Made by a program: the position numbers and the translations under genes. This document shows, piece after piece, positions 28,420-38,720 of a stretch of 64,000 nucleotides of DNA (its first letter is position 1; each line of letters begins with the position of its first letter). Source of the DNA: Nitrospirota bacterium (GTDB lineage: Bacteria > Nitrospirota > Nitrospiria > Nitrospirales > Nitrospiraceae); contig CAVPGK010000011.1 of NCBI GenBank assembly GCA_963703955.1, positions 96,001 to 160,000 on the forward strand. Reading direction: 5' to 3'. Under the pieces are notes generated by a model, which was not told the DNA's origin, did not search any database, and saw only the letters and a program-made list of their open reading frames with translations.

Positions 28420-28535
28420 CTGGTCCTCCTTGGCGACCGTAGGATGAACGGGATCGATTTCTGTGGCTAGTATCCTCATCATCGACTGCAGTGTCAACCT
28501 TTCTATTTGGTCCTTATCCTGCTAGAATCCACCCC

Positions 28536-29774
28536 ATGCAAAATATTATGACGATGGTTCTGGCTGGGGGAAAGGGTGAGCGCCTCAATCCGCTGACCCA
28601 GTATCGGGCCAAGCCGGCCGTCCCCTTCGGGGGGAAGTATCGCATCATCGATTTCACCCTCAGCAATTGTCTGAACTCCGGTCTAAGGAAGATCGCGGTC
28701 TTGATCCAATATAAATCGCATTCGCTGGACCGCCATATCCGCCTGGGTTGGAACATGTTGAACGGCGAGCTCGGCGAATACATCGCATCCATTCCTGCGC
28801 AGCAACGCCTCGGCGAAGATTGGTACAAGGGCACTGCGGACGCGGTCTATCAAAACCTGTTTCTTCTCGACAACGAGCAACCGAAATACCTCCTGGTCTT
28901 GGCGGGCGATCACATCTATAAGATGAACTATGCCGAGATGGTGGATTTTCTCATCGCGAAGAAAGCGGATGCGGTGGTCGGCGCCATCGAGTTTCCGCTG
29001 GCCGAGGCCAGTCGCTTCGGCGTCATCGGAGTGGATGAAGAGTGCCAGATATTGCGATTCGATGAGAAGCCCAAGAATCCCATGCCGGTGCCGAGCGATC
29101 CAACCCAAGCCTTCGTTTCGATGGGGATCTATCTATTCAAGACTGATGTCATTCGCGAGCGTCTGACCGAGGATGCCGCGCGGGAGACCAGTCACGACTT
29201 CGGGCGGAACATTATTCCGAGCATGATCCAGAGTCATCGGGTGTTCGCGTTCAAGTTTCAGGACGAGAACCGAAAATCCGTCAAATACTGGCGGGACATT
29301 GGGACACTGGACGCCTACTGGGAAGCCAACATGGACCTGGTGGCCGTCGATCCCCTGTTCAATCTGTATGACCAGGACTGGCCAGTCCGAACCTACCAGG
29401 GCCAGTTTCCTCCGGCCAAATTCGTCTTCGCCCAGGACTACCAGGGCGGCCGTATGGGAGTGGCCTTGGATTCGATTGTTTGCGGCGGATGCATTATTTC
29501 AGGTGGTCGGGTGCAGAACTCCGTTCTATCCCCGAACGTCGTCGTGCAGGATCATGCCGAGGTCAGAGAGTCGGTCGTCATGGAAAACGTCATCATCGGC
29601 GAATATGCTCAAATTAGGCGCGCCATCATCGATAAGGATGTCATGATTCCGCCGCATACGGAGATCGGATACGACATAGAAGCTGATCGCCGTCGCTTCA
29701 CGGTATCCGATTCGGGGTTGGTGACCATTTCCAAGGGGATGAAGGTACATGCCTCCCTCCATCCATCCGGTTGA
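28536..29774 (+). CDS. glgC: Glucose-1-phosphate adenylyltransferase
   Basis: LAGGKGERL, RAKPAVPFGG, WYKGTADAV, GDHIYKM, YWRDIGT. Confidence 0.97.
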   Translation: MQNIMTMVLAGGKGERLNPLTQYRAKPAVPFGGKYRIIDFTLSNCLNSGLRKIAVLIQYKSHSLDRHIRLGWNMLNGELGEYIASIPAQQRLGEDWYKGTADAVYQNLFLLDNEQPKYLLVLAGDHIYKMNYAEMVDFLIAKKADAVVGAIEFPLAEASRFGVIGVDEECQILRFDEKPKNPMPVPSDPTQAFVSMGIYLFKTDVIRERLTEDAARETSHDFGRNIIPSMIQSHRVFAFKFQDENRKSVKYWRDIGTLDAYWEANMDLVAVDPLFNLYDQDWPVRTYQGQFPPAKFVFAQDYQGGRMGVALDSIVCGGCIISGGRVQNSVLSPNVVVQDHAEVRESVVMENVIIGEYAQIRRAIIDKDVMIPPHTEIGYDIEADRRRFTVSDSGLVTISKGMKVHASLHPSG

Positions 29775-31605
29775 TCTGATCGGTGCCCTTCGCCACAAGC
29801 ATCTCACACCGGCCATCGTCTTTCTGACATCGCGTCGCGCTTGCGACGAGGCGATCCAAGCCTTTCAACGAAGCCAGGCCGTCCTACCTGCCGCCCGCCA
29901 GCGCGCCATTGCGTCCGTTCTGGACCGTCTGGTCGCTCAATACCCCAGTATCGGCGAGCATCCCCTTCTGCCCACCGTGACCCACGTGGGGGTCGCGGCT
30001 CATCACGCCGGCCATCTCCCGTCATGGAAAATTGCCATCGAGGAATTGATGCGGCAGGGCTGTTTAGATGCGGTCTTTGCCACGACCACGCTGGCGGCCG
30101 GCGTAGATTTCCCCGCGCGGACGGTGGTCCTCACCCAATCGAGTGTCCGCAAGACCCGGGATTTTACCGACCTGACGATCGGCGAGGTCCAGCAACTCGC
30201 CGGCCGAGCTGGCCGGCGCGGCAAAGACCTCGTCGGTTTCGCCGTGGTGACGCCTTCTCCATATATCGACCTGGGGGTGATCACCCGCGGGCTTACCGGA
30301 CAACCGGAGCCGATCGACAGCCAGTTTGTCATTTCCTATCCGATGGTCTTGAACCTCCTCAAGGCACACCCACTCGAGCACATACAGGCGATTTTGGCGA
30401 AGAGCTTTGCGCAGTTTCAGCTCAATCGACGCGCCGAATCGCTGGAAGGAAAATTGGACGCGCTTCACATGCAGATGCAACCCTACGGGCCCCGCGTCTG
30501 CACGGACTGGATCACGCAATGGCAGGTCTTCGACCATGCCAGAAAGCAAAAAGCCCATCGCGTTCAGGTCAAACGCCGTGAGACGCCCGAGCTGACTGCG
30601 CGCCTCCACTTCCTCACACCCGGACGCGTCGTGGGATTGCCGAAAGCACGGGGGATCGTTCTCCGACAGTACCGCAGTCGCGGTCAGCGAGCTCCCATGA
30701 TCACGGTCCTCCGCCCGGACGGCGCGATTACGGAATGCCCGGCGGCCATAGTGACGCAAATCTTCGACCGCGCCTATGAGGTGGCTGAAGCAGCGGTCTA
30801 TCCCTGGTGCACGCCGAAAAGCTTGGATGATTTGCTCCAGCACCTGACGGATCTCCCTCCGCGAATCCCCGTGTTGCCGATCCTGGTTCAACCAGAGCTT
30901 GAAGAAAGCGAGATAGCGCATACCCTGACCGACGAATTCCCCTGCCCCACCTGCCCTTCTCGCCCGGCATGCCAGAAGGATCATGCCATAGCATTGCGTT
31001 TGCGACAGGAGATTCATCGGCACACCAAAACGATCCTGGCGCTCCGGACGGGGCTGTGGCACCGATTCCAGGCCCGTGCCGAGGCGCTCCAGCAGTTCGG
31101 CTATTTGACGCCGACCTGTCATCTCACGGAAGACGGCGAATGGGCACGGCTCATCCGCATCGACCATTCGCTCCTCATCACCGAACTCATCCGGGCCGAC
31201 GCCTTCACCGGAATCGAACCGCAGGGTCTGGCCGGCGTCATGGCGAGTATCGCGCACGACGACGATCGCCCGGGTGCCTTTCCTCGCATCAGTCCGGGGC
31301 TTGCCTCACTGCTAGGGCAAGTCAGGCAGCTTGCGGAATCGTTGGCGCCGCACGAGGACCCGCCATTGCTCAGGGCGGATGTGGCCAGTCTGACGGAACG
31401 TTGGATCGGGGATCCGACGCTCACGTGGATCGGCCTGTGCCGCACCACGACGATGGCGGAAGGTGATATCTACCGGTTGTTGGCTCGAACGCTCGAGTAC
31501 CTGTCCCAGATCCATCAATTGTATGAAACCCATCCGGGACTGGCGGAGATTGCAAGTCGAGCGATTAAGAATCTGCGGCGGGGCGTGCTTGAGGAATTAC
31601 CCTGA
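29749..31605 (+). CDS. Ski2/HelY-like helicase, C-terminal half (RecA2, arch, DSHCT)
   Basis: PAIVFLTSRRACD, HHAGHLP, FATTTLAAGVDFPARTVV, QLAGRAGRRG, EGDIYR. No Walker A/B. Confidence 0.88.
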   Translation: MPPSIHPVDLIGALRHKHLTPAIVFLTSRRACDEAIQAFQRSQAVLPAARQRAIASVLDRLVAQYPSIGEHPLLPTVTHVGVAAHHAGHLPSWKIAIEELMRQGCLDAVFATTTLAAGVDFPARTVVLTQSSVRKTRDFTDLTIGEVQQLAGRAGRRGKDLVGFAVVTPSPYIDLGVITRGLTGQPEPIDSQFVISYPMVLNLLKAHPLEHIQAILAKSFAQFQLNRRAESLEGKLDALHMQMQPYGPRVCTDWITQWQVFDHARKQKAHRVQVKRRETPELTARLHFLTPGRVVGLPKARGIVLRQYRSRGQRAPMITVLRPDGAITECPAAIVTQIFDRAYEVAEAAVYPWCTPKSLDDLLQHLTDLPPRIPVLPILVQPELEESEIAHTLTDEFPCPTCPSRPACQKDHAIALRLRQEIHRHTKTILALRTGLWHRFQARAEALQQFGYLTPTCHLTEDGEWARLIRIDHSLLITELIRADAFTGIEPQGLAGVMASIAHDDDRPGAFPRISPGLASLLGQVRQLAESLAPHEDPPLLRADVASLTERWIGDPTLTWIGLCRTTTMAEGDIYRLLARTLEYLSQIHQLYETHPGLAEIASRAIKNLRRGVLEELP

Positions 31606-31665
31606 TGGAAACCCTCAGTCATCCCGCAAGTAGCTGATGGCTGAGAATTAAAACTTTGTCAGGCC

Positions 31666-32709
31666 ATGACTACCGACGAACTCGAGAAAATCCTTGCCGA
31701 GCAGCCCGTCGGGCGTTTGCACCGGCTCGCAAGAGGTCGTATCCGTCGGCACTTCCGGCTCGGGAAGCGGCGTCTGATAGAAGCGCTGTTAAGGCATGCA
31801 TCAGAAAACCGCGCTGGGCTGGAATCGGACCTCTCCGCTTTGATGCGCGACGAGCCGAAACGGGATGAATCCCCACATCGCCGGAAACCAGAATTTCAGA
31901 AGCACGAACGGCACCTCGAACGCCACCTATCCGGTCGCATCGCAGGAGATCCGGCGGAAGCCGACCTCACCGCCTTCCTATCGGGGATCGGGATTCCCCC
32001 TCCCCAGCCTTTTGTTCCCGACGCCTGGCAAGAAGATGCGCTCGCTCACTTGGCTACGACGGACGTGATCGTCAGTGTCCCGACTGGCAGCGGGAAGACC
32101 TACGTCGCCATCGAGGCCACAAAGCGAGCCATTGACGCCGATCGCACGGTCATTTATACCTCTCCGCTGAAAGCTCTCTCCAATACAAAATTTACAGAGT
32201 TCTCCAAACTATTCGGCCCCGACTCCGTGGGGATTTTGACGGGCGACCGGCGGGATAACCCCCATGCCCCTCTCCTCATCATGACAACGGAGATTCTCAG
32301 AAACCTGCTCTACGATGCGGCGGGCGGAGAGATTGATGTCCGCCTGGACACGCTGGGATTGGTGATCATGGACGAATCCCAATACATCGCCGATCCGGAA
32401 CGCGGGGTGGTGTGGGAAGAAACCATCATCTTCTGCCCGGCGCAGGCTCGGCTGTTGCTGCTTTCGGCGTCGATCGGAAATCCCCAAGATATCGCGGACT
32501 GGTTGACCAGTATTCGACCGACTCCCTGCCATTTGGTCCGGCACCATCGCCGTTCCGTCCCGCTGCGTGCGGGCTACCTCCATCCCAACGGGAAACTAGC
32601 GCCGCTCTTTCGATCGGTAGAGATTCCACAGGGAGCGGCTGCCCCGCTTCATCCGGAAACCAAGCGCCTCTATGCCCACTACGAGGATGAAACTCTGCGG
32701 TCGCGATGA
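31666..32709 (+). CDS. Ski2/HelY-like helicase, N-terminal half (RecA1)
   Basis: PDAWQ, PTGSGKT, YTSPLKALSN, GILTGD, TTEILRNLLY, DESQ, LSAS. No motifs IV-VI. Confidence 0.9.
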   Translation: MTTDELEKILAEQPVGRLHRLARGRIRRHFRLGKRRLIEALLRHASENRAGLESDLSALMRDEPKRDESPHRRKPEFQKHERHLERHLSGRIAGDPAEADLTAFLSGIGIPPPQPFVPDAWQEDALAHLATTDVIVSVPTGSGKTYVAIEATKRAIDADRTVIYTSPLKALSNTKFTEFSKLFGPDSVGILTGDRRDNPHAPLLIMTTEILRNLLYDAAGGEIDVRLDTLGLVIMDESQYIADPERGVVWEETIIFCPAQARLLLLSASIGNPQDIADWLTSIRPTPCHLVRHHRRSVPLRAGYLHPNGKLAPLFRSVEIPQGAAAPLHPETKRLYAHYEDETLRSR

Positions 32710-32739
32710 ATGAGGAGGTCATGACTGAGAGGAGAACAC

Positions 32740-33213
32740 GTGCGCTCGGAGCTTAGGATGGAACTCCACATCGGATCGAATGTCTATCGGAATGCAAACG
32801 GGGTGCTCAAGGTGCAGGAAAAAGAACAGGTCGTTCTCCAGATTCAGGCCGAGGACAACCGCCTGTTGCTGACGATGGACCTCTATGATTCGAGCGGGGA
32901 CCACGTCGCCCATCTGCGAAGAAACGCGTGGGCATTCAACGCGAAGAACCGATATGAAGTCCGCACCAGCCCGGTCTCAGCCTCCCTCTTTACGTTTCCG
33001 GCATGTGTGAAGGTGCTCGATAATGAAACCGGGAGTCTGATCCTCGAGGCTAATTTGGTCGAAAAAGATACGATTCACATCCCGCTGGGAAACGTATTCA
33101 GCCACAAAGGCCAGCTCCTTGAAATCACTCCCCATTGCTGGCGTTTTCCTGGAAAACCGACCATGTTCGGAAGTGTTCAGGACCTACATGGCGGGAGCAT
33201 CGCGATGGGTTAG
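32740..33213 (+). CDS. Hypothetical beta-rich protein
   Basis: GAGGAG RBS, 157-aa ORF. Confidence 0.65.
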   Translation: MRSELRMELHIGSNVYRNANGVLKVQEKEQVVLQIQAEDNRLLLTMDLYDSSGDHVAHLRRNAWAFNAKNRYEVRTSPVSASLFTFPACVKVLDNETGSLILEANLVEKDTIHIPLGNVFSHKGQLLEITPHCWRFPGKPTMFGSVQDLHGGSIAMG

Positions 33214-33351
33214 AGGACCTGTTCTTACTTCTTACCAAACTCGTGTTTGAAAAAAGTCACAGCGGTTGTAAATTTTGCAACGGTTTAACCCGAGACTTTT
33301 TGTCACCGGCTCAGAGAGCCCATAATATTAACCACTTGTGTTGACCTGGAT

Positions 33352-33368
33352 TCGGCATTCCTTTTGCT
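33352..33368 (+). promoter_or_regulatory. Putative sigma54 (-24/-12) promoter
   Basis: CGGCAttccttTTGCT: GG-N10-GC about 45 nt upstream of the lipoprotein gene. Confidence 0.45.
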
Positions 33369-33410
33369 CATCGTATCTTCTCCTGCACTTACTCTATTGC
33401 AGCAGAGGGC

Positions 33411-33950
33411 ATGGTAGATTCGATGAGAACATCACTAATCATTGTGGGTCTGGGGTTACTTTTGGCAGGATGCCAGACGGCCCAGTCAGTTGAGAAGTAT
33501 TCGGGGTTCGACAATACCGGTTTCATGACTTTATGGAACACCTATAGAAGCTGCGAAAGTGGTACCGATCTTGAGGCCATGCGTTCCGCCGCTCGGCATC
33601 TCCAGAAGCAAGCCTACGAGGCGGCCGTGACGAAAGCTGATTTCCACCTACCGAGGGCTATTGAACGGTGGGTGTCCGAGCCGCCTGCCCGTCTTGCCGT
33701 TGATCCCAAGGCCATGGCTGCGGCCTGCACTCTTCACACGGGGCACACTGCTCTCGAGGTGGGGCGTCCTGATGTAGCCGACGAAATGTTTCGAATCGTG
33801 CTGAAGAATCCCGCGGACACACTCTCATACTATGTTGAACAAGCTCGGGCAGGGCTTTCCCAGCTCAGTTCCACAAGTCAGGTCTCTCTTCAGTTTCCGC
33901 TGCCGGCGCCTCGATACGTCTCTCTGTCCACCGCGCCTGTGGGCAAATAA
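33411..33950 (+). CDS. Hypothetical lipoprotein
   Basis: LAGC lipobox; TPR-like C-terminal helices. Confidence 0.7.
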   Translation: MVDSMRTSLIIVGLGLLLAGCQTAQSVEKYSGFDNTGFMTLWNTYRSCESGTDLEAMRSAARHLQKQAYEAAVTKADFHLPRAIERWVSEPPARLAVDPKAMAAACTLHTGHTALEVGRPDVADEMFRIVLKNPADTLSYYVEQARAGLSQLSSTSQVSLQFPLPAPRYVSLSTAPVGK

Positions 33951-34002
33951 CGGCCATCCGTTCCTCAGCGACTTCCCGCAGTCCGTCAAGTCGGAGATCA
34001 GG

Positions 34003-35502
34003 CTAGTATTCCAATAGTCTCCGATAGAGAGTCTCGTAGGATTTCGCCGATCGTGTCCAGGACACATCGGTGCGCATCCCTGCCAACATGAGCGAGCGCC
34101 ACTCCGGCTTGTCTCGATAGATGCGCAGCGCCAGAAGCGCCGTCGTGAGAAGCGATTCAGGCGTCGCCTCGCCGAAGAAAAATCCCGTCGCACGCTCCTC
34201 AGCAATGGCGCGTGGCGAATAACCGACAACGGTATCCGCAAGCCCTCCGGTACGCCTCACGATGGGAACGGTCCCATATCGAAGACTATACATCTGACTC
34301 AATCCGCAGGGTTCATAACGGGACGGCATGAGAAACAGGTCGCTTCCGGCTTCGATCCGGTGGGCCAGGCCTTCGTCGAATCCGATCCGGAGGCCGATCT
34401 TCTTGGGATACTTCGCCTGCAGCGAGCGAAAGGACTCTTCAGCCGACGGATCGCCGGTCCCTAAGAGCACGACCTGTACGTCGAGCATCATCAATTCAGG
34501 GAGAATCTCAGCGACGAGATCAAGACCCTTTTGAAAGTCCAACCTTGAGACAACACCCAAGATTGGCCCGGCACGAACAGGAAGTTTCATCTCACGTTGC
34601 AAGGCCTGCTTACATTCCGTCTTACCGGACAGATCATCGGCGGTATACCGCGCCGGCAAGTGAGGATCAGTCGCCGGGTTCCATGTATCCGTATCGATCC
34701 CATTGACCACACCCGCCCACCGATCCCCTCGTTCCTTAATCACGCCATCAAGCCCGAATCCGAATTCGGTGGTTTGAATTTCCCGGCTGTACGTAGGGCT
34801 CACCGTATTCAACATATCGGCGAATATCAGTCCGCCCTTCAACAGATTGCACGAGCCGAAAAATTCCAGGGCTGCCGGCGTGAACAGACCGGGACCGAGT
34901 CCGGTCTTCGGATATTCCGAGGCAGGAAAAATACCCTGGTATCCCAGATTATGGACGGTGAACAGGCTTCTCATTTCGGCAACGGTCGGATGGGCGGCGT
35001 ACAGCGTCCGCATGTAGATGGGACACAAAGCTGTCTGCCAGTCATGCGCATGAAGAATATCCGGCGACCAATCGGACGATGCCTTCAGTACGGAGAGGAG
35101 TTCCATCACGGCTCGGCAAAAGAACGCGAATCGTTCCAGATTGTCGGGATAATCCACCCCTGCTTCCTGATACAGACCCTCCCGGTCGAAGTATGGATCG
35201 TATCGCACGGCCAGCGCTTGAACGCGCCCCTCGAAAAGGCGCGTCTCTTGCAAACTTGCGAGCAGAGGGCCCGACAGGGTCGGCACGTGAACCGCCGTCC
35301 ATAGCTTGAAGCCATGCGCCGCCCCATCAATTGCGCGATAGTGCGGGAGGACGACCCGGACGTCATGCCCCATGCGCGCAAGTTCCCGTGGAAGCGCCCC
35401 AGCCACATCGGCAAGCCCACCGGTCTTGGCGAAGGGGACCGCTTCGGGCGTCACAAGGAGAATCTTCAAAGGAGTCGTTGAGGAATGGACCGGTGCAGGC
35501 AT
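34003..35502 (-). CDS. glgA: Glycogen synthase
   Basis: KTGGLADV, HAHDWQT, MPSRYEPCGL. ATG at 35502 in a TAATG overlap. Confidence 0.96.
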   Translation of the reverse strand: MPAPVHSSTTPLKILLVTPEAVPFAKTGGLADVAGALPRELARMGHDVRVVLPHYRAIDGAAHGFKLWTAVHVPTLSGPLLASLQETRLFEGRVQALAVRYDPYFDREGLYQEAGVDYPDNLERFAFFCRAVMELLSVLKASSDWSPDILHAHDWQTALCPIYMRTLYAAHPTVAEMRSLFTVHNLGYQGIFPASEYPKTGLGPGLFTPAALEFFGSCNLLKGGLIFADMLNTVSPTYSREIQTTEFGFGLDGVIKERGDRWAGVVNGIDTDTWNPATDPHLPARYTADDLSGKTECKQALQREMKLPVRAGPILGVVSRLDFQKGLDLVAEILPELMMLDVQVVLLGTGDPSAEESFRSLQAKYPKKIGLRIGFDEGLAHRIEAGSDLFLMPSRYEPCGLSQMYSLRYGTVPIVRRTGGLADTVVGYSPRAIAEERATGFFFGEATPESLLTTALLALRIYRDKPEWRSLMLAGMRTDVSWTRSAKSYETLYRRLLEY

Positions 35503-35984
35503 TAGGGAGCCGAAGGCGATGGGAGGTTTTTCTCCATCGGGGTCTTGAACAGGGACTCCCGCTTCCACATGTTTCCGATAGCGTGGACCTCTTCGGCGGA
35601 CATGGCCTCGCTGTAGACCAATCGGTCGTTGATGAAGCCGAGCAATTCGCCACGATCGGCGTACCCGAAGAACAGGGAGTCGTCCGAAACGACCGTGGAG
35701 TCCCAGTCGGTCGGCGCCTCGCCGATGGGGACTCGAAATCTCGGCACATAGTTGCCGTTCTTTACTGGATAGAACTGCATACGCTCCCGGACCTGATAGG
35801 TCGGCTGCCCCCAGGTCTCCAGAAAAGCGCGAGTTGTCAACGTCCGTGTGCGAAGGTCTCCGCTCAAAATGCGACCTTTTTGCTCCTCGATAGTAGGGGC
35901 GGTCTTGCACGCGGTGAGCGAGAGTGCCAACACGACGGAGGCAAAGACCAACAGAGAATTCACCCATGGTCGCGGGCCTTGCAT
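35502..35984 (-). CDS. Hypothetical lipoprotein
   Basis: LTAC lipobox; TGATG and TAATG couplings on both sides. Confidence 0.75.
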   Translation of the reverse strand: MQGPRPWVNSLLVFASVVLALSLTACKTAPTIEEQKGRILSGDLRTRTLTTRAFLETWGQPTYQVRERMQFYPVKNGNYVPRFRVPIGEAPTDWDSTVVSDDSLFFGYADRGELLGFINDRLVYSEAMSAEEVHAIGNMWKRESLFKTPMEKNLPSPSAP

Positions 35985-36340
35985 CACAACAACCTCCTCG
36001 ATTTCGGCTGTTCCGGTTTCACCGGTACACAGATATCGCATTGGCACATCCGCCGCAGGATCGTGTACGAGTACAAACCGGTGTCGTGGCCGTCGCTCCA
36101 CGTGATCTTGAATGCGTACCGGCCGACCGCCTCAATATCGTCAAGCCGAATGAGCAAGGGAATATCGTCGGGCTTGATGCGCAGTTCGCCTGTCCACTCG
36201 TCCGTGCACGCCGCGCACGGGCAATGCTGGCGCAAATAACGGACGGGATAAACGCCCTTGTGCCCGTCGGACCATTCGATCCCGAGCACCCCCTTGTCGA
36301 TCCACTCCATGTCTTTGGGTTCGAGAACAGTTGTCGCCAT
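35984..36340 (-). CDS. DUF971 / GBBH-like N-terminal domain protein
   Basis: WSDGH..LRQHCPCAAC..VGRYA..WSDGHDTGLYSY. Confidence 0.9.
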   Translation of the reverse strand: MATTVLEPKDMEWIDKGVLGIEWSDGHKGVYPVRYLRQHCPCAACTDEWTGELRIKPDDIPLLIRLDDIEAVGRYAFKITWSDGHDTGLYSYTILRRMCQCDICVPVKPEQPKSRRLL

Positions 36341-36564
36341 GTTTCCAATTCTCTTACGATACGTTTCGTGAACTCTAACAGAAGGGAGGGAACCTTCACA
36401 AGCGTGATTGGACCGCAACAGTCCACAGCCTGGCGGTCAAAGTAACACTGAGTCCAATTGATGGCCAGTTGGTATCTGATTTTCCGATGACGGAAAGCTT
36501 CCTTCGGCAACTCGCTCTTTCGAATGCTTGCGAGTCTAGATCTTTGCAGGTTTCGTGAACGGAG

Positions 36565-37356
36565 TCACTTTCTGATTCCGTACACGGGTTCTTTCAGCTC
36601 AGCCGCGAGAAAATCAACCGGGGGCAGGCGCCTCCCCGCCACGACCGTGACATACGCCTCGATCGCGGTTTCCAGCTCTGCGCGGACTTGACCGGTCGCT
36701 TTCAGACGGGTGAGCGCCTCCGATGTCCATTGCAGGGTGTGTTGAAGGAGGCTCAGGCTGCCGGGTGACAAGGGAAGGCACCGGTCAGGATGGCGACCCA
36801 CACACGACACACAGACGATCCCACCTGATTGAGGAGAGAATGGGGTCGACCTTCCGGCGGCTGCGCTCCCCGCCTCCTTACCACAGGCGACACAGTGGTC
36901 GGTTTGCGGCCGAAAGCCGGTCTGTCCCAGAAGACGGATCTGAAAGAGAAGCGTTGTCAGGGAAGGCTCCCGACTCTCTCGCAACGTGCGGAGGCCTTGC
37001 AGAAGGGTGTCAAAAATCCGCGGGCCGGGATCGCCCTCCGCCGTCACGGCCGCCACCAGATTCACCAGCCGCCCAGCTCCCGACATCAGCATCAGATCCT
37101 CGCGTAGACCGGAGAAGGTCTCCAGAATGTCCGCCTGCGTGACCCGATACATCGGATCATGACGTTTCTCGAACAGGTTGAGGTCGCAATGGACGAACGG
37201 TTCGAGCGCGCTCCCGAACCGGCTCCTGAGCCGGCGGGCACCGCGTGCCACTCCCCGTAGCTTTCCGAACCGGAGCGTGTAGAAGGTGACGATCCGGTCA
37301 GCGTCGCCCCACTTGCGGCTCTTGAGTGTAATGGCGGGGGTCTTCAGTAGCGGCAT
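36565..37356 (-). CDS. recO: DNA repair protein RecO
   Basis: DADRIVTFYT..GKLRGVARGAR..SALEPF, Zn finger CVAC/CVSC. Confidence 0.93.
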   Translation of the reverse strand: MPLLKTPAITLKSRKWGDADRIVTFYTLRFGKLRGVARGARRLRSRFGSALEPFVHCDLNLFEKRHDPMYRVTQADILETFSGLREDLMLMSGAGRLVNLVAAVTAEGDPGPRIFDTLLQGLRTLRESREPSLTTLLFQIRLLGQTGFRPQTDHCVACGKEAGSAAAGRSTPFSPQSGGIVCVSCVGRHPDRCLPLSPGSLSLLQHTLQWTSEALTRLKATGQVRAELETAIEAYVTVVAGRRLPPVDFLAAELKEPVYGIRK

Positions 37357-37502
37357 AACGGCCAGGATGACCGTTACATGTAGCATGAACGCCGATGAAC
37401 GGCAAGCCGCTCCAGTCTCCCATGACCTCCGACAAAACCCTCTATTCACACGTGGGTCGAACTAGGTATGATACGACGAGAGAGAGCCTTGGGGAGACCG
37501 GC

Positions 37503-38367
37503 ATGCGACACCGACGATCCTCGCTGCTTCTTCAAGCCGTGCTTGTCGTCGTGGTTCTTATTGAGACCAGTGGGTGCGCCGTCAATCCTTACACGAGGCG
37601 CTGGCAGTTTGTGGCCGTCCCGAAAAGCTACGAAAACAGTATGGGCACTGAAGCCTACGCGCAGGTTCTGAGTGACCCTAAAATCAAGATCTCCAATGAT
37701 CCCCGAGAGGTGGAACCGGTCAGACGCGTCGCCGACCGGATTGTCCAGGTTGCCAAACAGTCGAAGTACGCGGAGACGGCCAATGCCTTCGAATGGGACG
37801 TGAGCGTCATCAAAGATGATCAGACGAAAAACGCGTTCGCGCTGCCCGGCGGCAAGATTGCTGTCTACACCGGCATTTTCCCGATCGCTCGCAATGAAGC
37901 CGGATTGGCGGCCATTATGGGGCATGAGGTGGTTCATGCCCTCGCTCGCCACGGAGCCGAGCGCATGAGTCAGGGACTTGGCCACCAAAGTCGCTATGAT
38001 TGGCGCCGCGATAGGATTGGGGGCCTCCGGCATCGACGGGTACTCCGGCCAGGCAGCCATGCAAGCGCTTGGATTGGGCGCCCAAGTGGGTGTGTTGCTT
38101 CCCTTCAGCCGCAAGCACGAATCGGAAGCCGACTATATCGGCCTACTCTTTGCCGCCGAGGCAGGTTATGATCCCCAAGAAGCAGTCCGAGTGTGGCAAC
38201 GAATGCAAGCGGCGGGAGGAGAACAACCGTCTGAGTATTTCTCTACTCACCCTGGCCATGAGACGCGCATCAAGCAGATGCAGGAATGGATGCCTGAGGC
38301 CATGGCCTTGTACCAGCAAGCACGGCCCGCCCCTGTTTCCAACCTCCCGGGGGCCGCCGGTCCGTGA
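37503..38367 (+). pseudogene. M48 metallopeptidase lipoprotein with a +1 frameshift near 37980 (possible sequencing error)
   Basis: NAFALPGG and HEVVH lie in one frame, FSRKHESEAD and STHP in the next. Removing one G from CTTGGCC restores QGLATKV. Confidence 0.8.
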
Positions 38368-38384
38368 TCAGTCTAGCCGCAGTG

Positions 38385-38413
38385 TTGACATACTGGACGG
38401 ATTTCGTTAGGTT
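38385..38413 (+). promoter_or_regulatory. Putative sigma70 promoter
   Basis: TTGACA-17 nt-TAGGTT. Confidence 0.5.
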
Positions 38414-38466
38414 CTCCTTCCGCTTTGGAAAAAGCCGGTCAACGAATCCTGACAACGGAGAAGCAG

Positions 38467-38709
38467 ATGCCCGATCGTGCCTATGTCTTGATTAATGTTT
38501 TGCCGGGACAGACCGTAAATGTCGTGAAGGCCCTTGCTGAGATCAAGGAGATCAAAACCATTGACCCCTGTTGGGGCAAGCCTGACCTGTTCACCCTCGT
38601 CGAGGTGGCTGATCAGGATGCGCTCTCGACGCTGGTCTTGGCAAAGATCCACGCAATTGAGGGAGTCGCACAGACCGACACCCATTTGGTCTATCGACTC
38701 AAAAAATAA
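38467..38709 (+). CDS. Stand-alone Lrp/AsnC ligand-binding domain protein
   Basis: AYVLINV..WGKPDLF..IHAIEGVAQTDT. Confidence 0.85.
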   Translation: MPDRAYVLINVLPGQTVNVVKALAEIKEIKTIDPCWGKPDLFTLVEVADQDALSTLVLAKIHAIEGVAQTDTHLVYRLKK

Positions 38710-38720
38710 TAGCGGGCGAG

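Noticed and set aside
30064..31257. 397-aa - strand ORF
   Set aside because: Antisense to the motif-bearing helicase half; no features of its own.
35503..35967. 155-aa N-terminal extension of GlgA in the ORF track
   Set aside because: Overlaps the lipoprotein gene in another frame; ATG 35502 in a TAATG overlap fits the normal GlgA length.
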